DNA from: Lachnospiraceae bacterium
GTDB lineage: Bacteria; Bacillota; Clostridia; Lachnospirales; Lachnospiraceae
Assembly: GCA_017556805.1 (NCBI GenBank)
Contig: JAFYMC010000016.1
Coordinates: forward strand, 47,377-111,376
Reading direction: 5' to 3'
DNA length: 64,000 nt
The notes under the pieces were generated by a model. It saw only the letters and a program-made list of their open reading frames with translations, searched no databases and was not told where the DNA came from. Position numbers and translations under genes: made by a program. Of the stretch, positions 17,925-26,255 are shown piece after piece (position 1 is the first letter of the stretch; the number at the start of each line of letters is the position of its first letter).

Positions 17925-18647
17925 CTATTTCTCGTACTGATACGGAACATACGGCAAAATTCCCCAAGTTATTTCATCCGCATAATGTACTTCGGTATGT
18001 ATTACGGAACGATAATCCGCAGATGTGGCTTTGATACACGGAAATTGTTTGCATTCCTTGCACTCGACAATCCCTTTCTTCGGCGCACAACCTTTTGCAT
18101 TGCACGGCTCATCCTTACAATAGCACTCCGGACTGTAACATCCGTTACAACGCATGCTCCAATCCGTTATCTCCCACATTTTCTGTAAAAACGGTTCCAT
18201 TACCGCACGCTGTTCCTCGGTTGTACCGACATAATGAACACACAAATCGCATCGCTGACCGCACATGGAATACACTGCATTCTCCTTTGGGAACGGCTTA
18301 CGGTTCGGCTTTTTCTTTATGAGAATAAGCTTCTTAACCTCCTCTAACTGCTCAGGAGTCGTCACGTCGATAAACATCCATTTCCCGTCATGATATGTCT
18401 TGGAACCGTCATAATAATCCAGAATATACTTTGAAAATTCGTCCCGTCTTGTTTCAAACACTTCCCGTTCCTTCTTTCCGAATATCACAAGAAATGTATA
18501 TTTATCTTCATGTAGGTATATGGTTAAAATCGTTTTTGCACCCTGCTTAAACTTTAACTCGTCCTTGCCGTCACCGATTTCATCCAACCGGTAATTTCCT
18601 CTCATAAATACCATCGTCTCATGGCTGATTTGCTCAAGATTATTCAT
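17925..18647 (-). CDS. Hypothetical protein: DUF3788-like N-terminal half fused to a Cys-rich (DUF3795-like) C-terminal half
   Basis: The C-terminal half carries many spaced cysteines (CGQRCDLC, RCNGCYSPECYC, CKECKQFPC). The family names are recalled, not searched. Confidence 0.45.
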   Translation of the reverse strand: MNNLEQISHETMVFMRGNYRLDEIGDGKDELKFKQGAKTILTIYLHEDKYTFLVIFGKKEREVFETRRDEFSKYILDYYDGSKTYHDGKWMFIDVTTPEQLEEVKKLILIKKKPNRKPFPKENAVYSMCGQRCDLCVHYVGTTEEQRAVMEPFLQKMWEITDWSMRCNGCYSPECYCKDEPCNAKGCAPKKGIVECKECKQFPCIKATSADYRSVIHTEVHYADEITWGILPYVPYQYEK

Positions 18648-18665
18648 AAGTACCCTCCTGTAGCA

Positions 18666-19076
18666 CTATTCTTCCACATACTCCATCAACGCCGCATAGC
18701 ACTCCGGGAACTCTTTCTTCACAGAAATAATCTTACCGTTTCCGTCTAAGAATCCGTGTTCCGAATGCCCTTCACAGGCAAGGGTGCCGTCTTCCTTGTA
18801 CATGGCATACTTTATTTTTAACTTTACACCGCGGAATTCTTCAATCCCTACTTCAATTCGGATTCGCTCTGGGAACTTCGTACTTACCTTGTACTTACAT
18901 TCCACGCCGGTCACCGGGGACACCATCCCCAACGCCTCCAAACGGTCCATTCCCCAGCCGATTTGTTCCAAGAAATCCACTCTCGCTTCTTCCATCCAGC
19001 GAATATAGTTGGAATGGTGCACAATCCCCATCTTATCGGTTTCGTAATACTGTACCTTGTGTTCATATGGTCTCAT
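18666..19076 (-). CDS. Acyl-CoA thioesterase, hotdog fold (YbgC/4HBT family)
   Basis: The sequence KVQYYETDKMGIVHHSNYIRWMEEARVDFLEQIG is the standard 4HBT N-terminal block with the catalytic Asp. Confidence 0.8.
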   Translation of the reverse strand: MRPYEHKVQYYETDKMGIVHHSNYIRWMEEARVDFLEQIGWGMDRLEALGMVSPVTGVECKYKVSTKFPERIRIEVGIEEFRGVKLKIKYAMYKEDGTLACEGHSEHGFLDGNGKIISVKKEFPECYAALMEYVEE

Positions 19077-19099
19077 TTCTATATCCTCCCATGTATCCT

Positions 19100-19594
19100 T
19101 TATCCTTGCAACAGCTCCGCCAACGTCTCAAACACAAACTCCGTTGCCGCCTCTCTTACCACGTTTCGTCCCAAATCTCCGAACTGCTTTGTCACCGTGG
19201 TTAGTTCTCCGTCCACGTAAAATCCGAAACAAACCATGCCCACCGGCTTTGTGGCAGTTCCTCCGGTCGGTCCCGCAATTCCGGACACACCCACACCGAC
19301 CTCTGCATTCTGTGCCTTCGCCACACCTTCCGCCATTTGGCCCGCCACCGGTTCACTGACCACACCGTAACGTTCGATGGTCTCCGAATTCACTCCGAGA
19401 TATTTTATCTTCGCCTCGTTTGCATAGGTCACCACGCCCGCATCAAACACCGCCGAAGCACTGGCCACACTTACCAGCCGTGCCGAGCACATGCCTCCGG
19501 TACAAGACTCCGCAAAAGAGATGTGAAAGTTCTTTTTTTGTAAAAGGGATACGACTTGTTCTTCTAAGGTCTGTATCAGTCCACCGTTTTCCAT
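19100..19594 (-). CDS. pncC: CinA C-terminal domain protein / nicotinamide-nucleotide amidohydrolase
   Basis: Motif blocks are SFAESCTGGMCSARLVSV and GVVTYANEAKIKYLGV, in a 164-aa stand-alone protein. Confidence 0.8.
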   Translation of the reverse strand: MENGGLIQTLEEQVVSLLQKKNFHISFAESCTGGMCSARLVSVASASAVFDAGVVTYANEAKIKYLGVNSETIERYGVVSEPVAGQMAEGVAKAQNAEVGVGVSGIAGPTGGTATKPVGMVCFGFYVDGELTTVTKQFGDLGRNVVREAATEFVFETLAELLQG

Positions 19595-19650
19595 ACAACC
19601 GCTGCTCCTTTTCTTCTCTTAAATTTTATTCAAAATCCGTCATTTCACAT

Positions 19651-19679
19651 TTGAACATTCGTTCGATTTATGTTATAAT
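19651..19679 (+). promoter_or_regulatory. Near-consensus sigma-A promoter driving the 31-codon peptide gene
   Basis: TTGAAC (19651-19656), 17-nt spacer, TATAAT (19674-19679), with a TG two bases upstream of the -10 hexamer (extended -10). Confidence 0.65.
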
Positions 19680-19745
19680 AAACTTATGGAACAATCGTGT
19701 TACAGGGTGTGTTGCCTTCATTCTTACGGAATGGAGGTGGAGCTT

Positions 19746-19841
19746 ATGAAGAATCAGAACAAATTTGAATTTCGAGATTTGTTGTCCTTCGGACTCTTTC
19801 TGTTAGCTTTACTTACATTCGTTTTTACGTTTTGTAAGTAA
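19746..19841 (+). CDS. 31-aa hydrophobic peptide, candidate type I toxin / holin-like small membrane peptide
   Basis: The peptide is MKNQNKFEFRDLLSFGLFLLALLTFVFTFCK. GGAGG lies 8 nt upstream. The gene has its own promoter and its own terminator. It is too short for the ORF track. Confidence 0.55.
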   Translation: MKNQNKFEFRDLLSFGLFLLALLTFVFTFCK

Positions 19842-19851
19842 GTCAATATAG

Positions 19852-19896
19852 AAAAACCGCCCTCATAACTTTGACCGAGTGATTAGGGCGGCTTTT
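19852..19896. terminator. Bidirectional rho-independent terminator
   Basis: The stem ccgccct/agggcgg (19857-19863/19885-19891) is preceded by aaaaa and followed by ctttt. Confidence 0.7.
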
Positions 19897-19955
19897 CCAA
19901 CTAAAATCATATAGGTCAACCCACCTTGTGGGCGGTTGTTCCTTTTTCTGATTTT

Positions 19956-19984
19956 AGTTTATCATATCTTTTCTATCTTTGCAA
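19956..19984 (-). promoter_or_regulatory. Candidate minus-strand promoter for a ~100-nt RNA convergent with the peptide gene
   Basis: On the minus strand: TTGCAA (19984-19979), 17-nt spacer, TAAACT (19961-19956). A transcript from here would end at the 19852-19896 terminator. Confidence 0.3.
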
Positions 19985-20003
19985 TTACTTTTTATCCTCC
20001 GGA

Positions 20004-21740
20004 CTAACTCCTACCAAAGCAAATTCCCCGCGCCCGGTTCACGCACATCAGAATTTCCTCCTTCCGTATCTCATCAAACCACCAACCGCGATACACCGGA
20101 TTCGATGTAACCTGCTCCTCTACCAGCTCTGCAAACAACCGTCCGGCATATTCTTCCCCAACGTCATTCAGACATTCCGCACTCTCCTCCTCTTTTGAAA
20201 GCAAGGTTCTCAACACCCAGGCAAGAGAATGAAGCTGTTCATTGGTCTTTAAAGATGATATCGCCGTCATATCCACGGAATATTCCCCGCAAATGACCTT
20301 CTTACTATCCTCGGTGCAAACGGTCTGCAGAAGCAACGATTTCGTCCCTTCCCCGGTCAGTAGCACCCTTCGCTCACTCACGGAGCTCTCCGTATCATTC
20401 AGTTTTTCTTCCTCACAAACCGTTACTCCCAGTGCCTTTACCTCTTCCGTCACGTCCGTCGCCACATATTCATACATCAGAATCACGGTATCCGCAATCT
20501 TTAAGTACTCTCCCGAACCGCCGATTACAAGGATTGTCGATATCCCTTTCTGCTCCGCAACACCTCGGATTCTGTCCGTAAACGGAATAATCACTTCGTT
20601 TTTTACTATCCTCCGCATCAACTCATCACGAATCATAAAATTCGTCGCACTCTTATCCTCATCAATGGTCAAAAGCCGGCTTCCACCCGCAATTGCCTCG
20701 ATAATATTTGCTGCCTGAGAGATGCTTCCGCTGGCATGCTTGGTGGTAAAATTCCGGATATCCTGAAACGGAATCTCAGAGAAAAACATGGAGATATCTT
20801 CGTTGGCCACGTATCTTCCGTCCTCCGCATTTGTAACCGCAAGGCTTTGCTCCGCCACCACAAACTCCCTGCCGTCTCCCGGTACATGATTGTAAATCCC
20901 GGCTTCGATTGCCTCCAAAAGCGTGGTTTTCCCGGAAAATCCCGCACCGGTGATGACCGTAATACCCTTCGGAATCCCCATACCGGAAAGCACTGTTCCG
21001 TCCTCCATGGACACCGTCACCCGCAAACGCTCCGGTGACACAAAAGGCACCGCAGTCTCAAGAGGCTCCTCACTGTCACCCTTTCTCGGCAAACTGCTTC
21101 CGTCCGCCACAAAAGCCACATAGCTCTTCTCCCGGCAAAACCTTCGTAACGCCATCTGCTTTTTATAAACAGACAATCTCACCCGCAATTCAGCCTTATC
21201 AAGGAATGCGCCACCTTCTTCCACAGTCTTTAAAATGTCCGTTATCATCCGGCTGATTCGTTCCCCGAGAATGGACACGCCGGCTCCCGTCGGGAACAGC
21301 ACAAACAGCTTCAGTACAAAGGCATGCGTCTCCTTATTGTAAAGCAATCCGCTTCGTCTCAGAATCCGGCAATCCGGCTTCTGACACTGGATTTTCGACA
21401 ACAGGCGCTCCAACTTATTATTTGCAGTGTACTTCTCGCTCAGCTCTTCAAGCAGTGCGCTGTAATACCGCAGCAAATAATCCTCAAAAAATGCCGGGTA
21501 TCGTTGGATTTCCTCTTCAAGCATTCCTAAAAGTTCCGCATCCAGATTAATATACATTGCCACATTGGCCGGGTATTTCGGATTCAGCGGTACGAATTTT
21601 ACGGTAATTCCGTCCGTGTACTCATAAGTTTCTCTCCATCGACTCAACAAATAGGAAATCGGTTTTCCGTTCAAATTTGTCTGCCCGTTAGAGCGTAATA
21701 CTTTTTTCAGTTCTCTTATTTTTGTAAAATCATTCATCAT
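20004..21740 (-). CDS. ABC-class ATPase of unknown function (COG3044 / PF09818-type), paralogue 1
   Basis: Walker A is GAGFSGKTTLLEAIEAGIYNH. The signature-like block is HASGSISQAANIIEA. Walker B is RLLTIDEDKSATNFMIRD. The GGSGEYL block is also present. There are no TM segments. The start is placed at MMNDF (21740), which has AAGGAGG upstream. Confidence 0.75.
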   Translation of the reverse strand: MMNDFTKIRELKKVLRSNGQTNLNGKPISYLLSRWRETYEYTDGITVKFVPLNPKYPANVAMYINLDAELLGMLEEEIQRYPAFFEDYLLRYYSALLEELSEKYTANNKLERLLSKIQCQKPDCRILRRSGLLYNKETHAFVLKLFVLFPTGAGVSILGERISRMITDILKTVEEGGAFLDKAELRVRLSVYKKQMALRRFCREKSYVAFVADGSSLPRKGDSEEPLETAVPFVSPERLRVTVSMEDGTVLSGMGIPKGITVITGAGFSGKTTLLEAIEAGIYNHVPGDGREFVVAEQSLAVTNAEDGRYVANEDISMFFSEIPFQDIRNFTTKHASGSISQAANIIEAIAGGSRLLTIDEDKSATNFMIRDELMRRIVKNEVIIPFTDRIRGVAEQKGISTILVIGGSGEYLKIADTVILMYEYVATDVTEEVKALGVTVCEEEKLNDTESSVSERRVLLTGEGTKSLLLQTVCTEDSKKVICGEYSVDMTAISSLKTNEQLHSLAWVLRTLLSKEEESAECLNDVGEEYAGRLFAELVEEQVTSNPVYRGWWFDEIRKEEILMCVNRARGICFGRS

Positions 21741-21876
21741 ATTTGCAGCTATCTGCCTCCTTTTCTTTTGTTGCAATCACTATCTTCTCTTGTTTTACTA
21801 TTGCAACCTTTCCGTACCTCTTTCAGTTCCTTCATAAATACCTGCGTTTCCTCCCTCCACACGGTGTGGAGCATTC

Positions 21877-22287
21877 TCAGAAACGCAAATCCATCTTCTC
21901 GTACAACCCGACCTCATTGGAGGAAAGAAACACCTTTTCATACCCGTCCTGCTTTGCCAGCTCGCAGGCATGCCGAATCAGCTTCTCCGAATAACGGTTC
22001 CCCCGATGGTTAGGAAATGTATACACAAACCCAATCCACGGTTTCATGTCCGGTTCCGTCTCTTCCTCCGTGATCTCATCCCGCTCCGCCAAGATGCAAA
22101 ATGCAAGAAGTTCACTATCCTCCACCAGCAACAGCAACCTCGTACTTTTTCCGTACCGTTCCTTCAATTTTCCCTGTTCCAATACCTCGTACAAATACTT
22201 TGCCGCCCGCCAGTCTCCCTGTACAATCTGTTCCCGCAAGCATTTCTGTAACTCACTTGTCTGTTCAAAATATTCGATTATTCTCAT
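21877..22287 (-). CDS. GNAT family N-acetyltransferase (136 aa)
   Basis: The acetyl-CoA binding block is IGFVYTFPNHRGNRYSEKLIRHACELAKQDGYEKVFL. Its ATG overlaps the stop of the upstream ATPase gene (ATGA at 22287-22284). Confidence 0.75.
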   Translation of the reverse strand: MRIIEYFEQTSELQKCLREQIVQGDWRAAKYLYEVLEQGKLKERYGKSTRLLLLVEDSELLAFCILAERDEITEEETEPDMKPWIGFVYTFPNHRGNRYSEKLIRHACELAKQDGYEKVFLSSNEVGLYEKMDLRF

Positions 22288-24068
22288 AAAAACCTCACCT
22301 TCCTCATCCGGTTCACCGCCGCCAGCACATCTTCCTTCCGCGGTAAATCCATAAATCGTTCACACTCCGTAAAATGATTGGAAAAGATGCAATCAAAGCC
22401 TTCCTCTTCCATCCTGCGGTATAAGGCGTCCAATTTTGCCCTCACATCAAGCTTGGTTTCATTTAAGGACACTTCCAAATACCGTATCAAAAATCCTACC
22501 GCATTCCGTTGTGCCTGGGTAATGAGTCCTGACAGCATCCGTAAATCAATGGCTTCTTCCCCTACATAAATTATTCCAACATCCGTTACCACCAGGCGTT
22601 CCAAGCCGGTTTCCGGTACAAAGGAGGTAAAACCTTCCCCGCACAAAATACGATTTTGTTTCCAGTCCGCAAGTTCCGCCGGTTGCGGCGTATCGCACGT
22701 TTCTCCCAGTCGTTTCGCCCCTTCGGTTACGTTATGTATCCGGTAATCTTCCATCAGATACACCCGGTCCGCCACGGACAAATATTCCCCGCTTCCGCCG
22801 ATTACAAGGACGGTAGATACGCCCGATGTTTCATACAACTCCCGCACCCGCTCTGTAAAGGGCGTAATGGGCTCCTTCTTTACCAGTTCCCGCATTCGCG
22901 CATCCCGTATCATAAAGTTCGTTGCACTGCGGTCCTCGTCAATGAGAAGTAGCTTACTTCCCATGCACACCGCCTCCATAATATTGGCCGCCTGAGAGGT
23001 GGAACCGGAAGCCCGCTCCGTGGAAAAGTGTGCCGTATCCTGCCCCGGAATCCATTTGATAAAAGGTGCAATGTTGACGTTTTTCACACTACGTCCGTCC
23101 TCCGCCACAATTCCCATGGCTGTGGTATCCGTAATACAAAGCTCTCTGCCGTCGCCCCAGGCATGATTATAAATTCCTGCGGAGATCGCCTCAAGCAAGG
23201 TGGATTTTCCCGAATATCCGCCTCCGGTAATTACGGTTACGCCCCGTTTGATGCCCATGCCCTTGACTCCGCACACCTCGATTTCCTCTTCAGGAATCGC
23301 CGTAAACGGCACCGCATTCTGCATCGGCAAATCGCATCCTCCCTCTCGCGGCAAAATACTTCCATTGGCCAAAAAGGCACAATACGGACTTTTCCTCAGC
23401 CATCTGCGGATATCCTTCTGCAACCTTTCCAGTTCCAATGCATCCGCATACTCATGTTGCTTAAACTCCGTGATATACCGTTCCACCGTATCCGGCAAAT
23501 CCCGAGTCAGCATCCGCAAGGTCTTTCGCAGATTCCGCTCCGGCAACTGCACCTGTATCATCAGACACAAACAAAGCTCCGGTGGTCCCACTTCCTCCGG
23601 CGGGATTAAATAAACCCAGTCGCCGCTGCCGATGGTATAATCCTTTTTCGGCCACATTCTGAAATACGCAGTATTCCGGGCAAGTACCTCGCCTCCCGGG
23701 CGATAACAGTAATACTTTCCTTTCTCAGAGTCCGGGCGGTTCCGGTTGTACAGCGGCTCATTTAGCTCATCAATATACGGTAAAAATGCCCGTAAACAGT
23801 AATCCGCTCCCGCCACACTTGTCTCTGTAATTCCCAGATGCTTTACCGGAATCGATATGGTAATGGTCGGTTTATCCTGAGCCATCTTATGGGTACGCTC
23901 AATCCGATAGCCGATGTCTTCCCTGTAATAGGTGTTGTCCATATCCTCATACGGGTCCACTCCCCAATCTCTTTGATACGGCTGCACCCACATCCGCCCC
24001 TCATACATCTCCTTATAGGTCTTTGTGTTTGTTTCCATACTTAAAATCATATGTTTCAATCGTTTCAT
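22284..24068 (-). CDS. ABC-class ATPase of unknown function (COG3044 / PF09818-type), paralogue 2
   Basis: Walker A is GGGYSGKSTLLEAISAGIYNH. Other blocks are RASGSTSQAANIMEA, KLLLIDEDRSATNFMIRD and GGSGEYL. The start is placed at MKRLKHM (24068). The 50 upstream codons in the track read through hairpin-rich non-coding sequence. Confidence 0.75.
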   Translation of the reverse strand: MKRLKHMILSMETNTKTYKEMYEGRMWVQPYQRDWGVDPYEDMDNTYYREDIGYRIERTHKMAQDKPTITISIPVKHLGITETSVAGADYCLRAFLPYIDELNEPLYNRNRPDSEKGKYYCYRPGGEVLARNTAYFRMWPKKDYTIGSGDWVYLIPPEEVGPPELCLCLMIQVQLPERNLRKTLRMLTRDLPDTVERYITEFKQHEYADALELERLQKDIRRWLRKSPYCAFLANGSILPREGGCDLPMQNAVPFTAIPEEEIEVCGVKGMGIKRGVTVITGGGYSGKSTLLEAISAGIYNHAWGDGRELCITDTTAMGIVAEDGRSVKNVNIAPFIKWIPGQDTAHFSTERASGSTSQAANIMEAVCMGSKLLLIDEDRSATNFMIRDARMRELVKKEPITPFTERVRELYETSGVSTVLVIGGSGEYLSVADRVYLMEDYRIHNVTEGAKRLGETCDTPQPAELADWKQNRILCGEGFTSFVPETGLERLVVTDVGIIYVGEEAIDLRMLSGLITQAQRNAVGFLIRYLEVSLNETKLDVRAKLDALYRRMEEEGFDCIFSNHFTECERFMDLPRKEDVLAAVNRMRKVRFL

Positions 24069-24252
24069 GGTATCCTGCCCCTTTCGTTTGATTTTGTTAC
24101 TGTTTTGTTGGGAAATAAAAAAGAAATTCTTATTTAGATCGGCTGTGATTGAGATGTAATACTCAAATAGAGTTTCGCTTGCGAAACTCCGCACCGGTGC
24201 GCAGTCACGCAGTGACATCTACCGCTTGCGCGCCTTGTGCATAAACATAGAA

Positions 24253-24276
24253 AGGGCACGTCCGCGGACGTGCCCT
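24253..24276 (-). terminator. Probable terminator of the ECF sigma/anti-sigma operon
   Basis: A perfect 24-nt palindrome (agggcacgtccgcggacgtgccct) is followed on the minus strand by ttctatgtttat. The U-tract is only moderate, and the hairpin lies 200 nt after the stop at 24477. Confidence 0.45.
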
Positions 24277-24476
24277 GAAAACTCACCAAAAGATTCCCTG
24301 TGCAATTAGAAATTGGACAGAGCTACGGCGACCGATACAACATCCGACTTAAATAAGATTGTCATACAAATCGCCTCCTAACCATAAAAGAAAAAAACAT
24401 TCGTTACGATGGTCATTATAGCCGACAAATTCATTCCTGTCAAGGAAAATATAGCAAATTTGATTTTCGATTCAAC

Positions 24477-25532
24477 CTACTTCACAAACTCAAACCGAAC
24501 CCCGTTAATCACTACAGCTTCAATCTCATCCAAATTCATTATTTCCGGAGACGGACGATACTCCTTCGGTTCCGAATAGAAACGTTCACTGTATAACATA
24601 ACATCCGAATATAAGTTATCCTCTTTGGCATGGGTTGTGTTGTGTGCTGCTCCCTGCGGTAAAGGTTCCCTGCTTCCGTCTTTCATAATGAAGTAGGAGT
24701 TTGCTTCCAATGCATCGATTTCTTCCTCCGGCATCAACCACTTTTCCTCATAATAATTGTCGTTCTGAGACCGTTCAAACACCCCGTGATTTTGCGCATA
24801 AATAACAAAGGACATCGGGGAAAGTTCAATATAGGTCGGCGTGTAATACTCCGATGCCGCTTCCGCCCCCTTTAACGCAAAGGAACGAATTTCCACATTT
24901 CCGGACACATCAAGCAGCACTTCTTCGGTTGTTTCCGTCATCGGGAAGGTAAATACTCCCTGATGATCGGTATAAGTACGCCCCGATGCCTGAAATCCTA
25001 ACAGGAACACCCGCTCGGTCTCCGTTGCCTGTTCTTCCAGCTCCATTGCACCGTAACTGTAATTCACGCCGTATTCTATGGTGTTAATCATACGAGGCTG
25101 AATATTCATTTTATATTCTCCCTGAGCAATACCGGTATCCATTTTTTCCAGCCACTTCTTACCGGTTCTGTCCAATGCAGTGTACTTTACCGTCATTTCC
25201 ACAACCACTCCATCCGATAACAGTTCCTCTACCGTTACGCAAATGTGTTCATCCGCCTTCGAGAAAATTGCAGTCTCAACAGAATCCGCCAACGGCCCAT
25301 AGGAAGGGGTTTCCCTTAGAATATGAGAACGGATTTCAGCGACCGCTGTGGGAGCGTACACGCCCGCGACACATACAATAGCCAGCACTGCTGCCACCAA
25401 GCCCCACTTTTTAAATGCAATTGTTTTTTTCTGTGTTCCTGTACTTTGACTGACACGATTCCATATTTCTTTCTTTACTTCTTCCTCCGGTGTGATTTGT
25501 TCAATCACATTCACATACTCTTCTTTTCGCAT
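24477..25532 (-). CDS. Anti-sigma-factor-like single-pass membrane protein with a ~280-aa extracytoplasmic domain
   Basis: It lies immediately downstream of the ECF sigma gene. It has a short cytoplasmic N-terminus and one TM segment (WGLVAAVLAIVCVAGVYAP). The rest of the protein is uncharacterised. Confidence 0.55.
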   Translation of the reverse strand: MRKEEYVNVIEQITPEEEVKKEIWNRVSQSTGTQKKTIAFKKWGLVAAVLAIVCVAGVYAPTAVAEIRSHILRETPSYGPLADSVETAIFSKADEHICVTVEELLSDGVVVEMTVKYTALDRTGKKWLEKMDTGIAQGEYKMNIQPRMINTIEYGVNYSYGAMELEEQATETERVFLLGFQASGRTYTDHQGVFTFPMTETTEEVLLDVSGNVEIRSFALKGAEAASEYYTPTYIELSPMSFVIYAQNHGVFERSQNDNYYEEKWLMPEEEIDALEANSYFIMKDGSREPLPQGAAHNTTHAKEDNLYSDVMLYSERFYSEPKEYRPSPEIMNLDEIEAVVINGVRFEFVK

Positions 25533-25557
25533 AATTTTCCGTCCTTTCTGAATTGTT

Positions 25558-26040
25558 TTATTCCAGTTCCATTTTCAACAGTTCTCTTGCCTTTGCCAAA
25601 CGGGTTTGTATGGTAGAAGGTTTCGTATGCAAAATCTTAGCAATCTCCGCTGTTTTATAGCCTTCGTAATAGTAAAGATAGGTCGGCAGCGCATATTTTT
25701 CATCAAGGCTCATTACCGTCCGATATACCTCACTCCCGCTTCCGCTTTCTGCGACAAGCCCGTTTTTATCAGCATGTTCCGCAATTGAATCCTCATAGGA
25801 AACCGACTTTTTGACCCACCACTTTTTCAAATGGTTTTTGCAAAGATTCGAGGCCGAAACAATCAACCACGCTTTTGTTTTTTCATCCGTCTCATATTGA
25901 AACGGTTTAGAAAGTAGCTGACAGAACGTTTCCTGGGCCATATCCTGCGTATCCGCATGATTTTTCATATAAAGAAAACATACTTTATAAACGGTATCAA
26001 AATATAAGTTATAGATACGTTCCGGTTCAAACTTCTCCAT
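25558..26040 (-). CDS. ECF-type RNA polymerase sigma-70 family factor
   Basis: The region 2 block is VYKVCFLYMKNHADTQDMAQETF. The region 4 HTH is YKTAEIAKILHTKPSTIQTRLAKAREL. Confidence 0.85.
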   Translation of the reverse strand: MEKFEPERIYNLYFDTVYKVCFLYMKNHADTQDMAQETFCQLLSKPFQYETDEKTKAWLIVSASNLCKNHLKKWWVKKSVSYEDSIAEHADKNGLVAESGSGSEVYRTVMSLDEKYALPTYLYYYEGYKTAEIAKILHTKPSTIQTRLAKARELLKMELE

Positions 26041-26160
26041 CAGTTCCTCCTTTCCTGCATTACATAAGCGCTTATATCAATAAAACAATCCAAGGACTCA
26101 TTCTATCCTAAGCTTTTTCATTTTTTCAAACTTTTACCGAAATACAGCCCCCCTTCAAAG

Positions 26161-26202
26161 GAAAAAGACCATCAAACCGTAATGACTGAACCCGTTTGAT
26201 GG
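26161..26202 (-). terminator. Terminator after the GH3-GH120 pair
   Basis: The stem ccatcaaac/gtttgatgg is followed on the minus strand by tctttttc. Confidence 0.65.
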
Positions 26203-26255
26203 CCTTTGCCGTTTCAATATTTTATTATACTCGAAATAATACTTCGAACGTTTCC

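Noticed and set aside
24069-24218. 50-codon N-terminal extension of ATPase paralogue 2 given by the ORF track
   Set aside because: The extension reads through hairpin and palindrome sequence, begins without an SD, and has no counterpart in paralogue 1. The internal MKRLKHM start aligns better.
24128-24358. Region C as a third member of the same palindrome class as elements A and B
   Set aside because: Only the 15-nt termini are inverted repeats (13/15). The interior is a series of independent local hairpins and is not symmetric about the midpoint. It is therefore reported separately as a structured leader.
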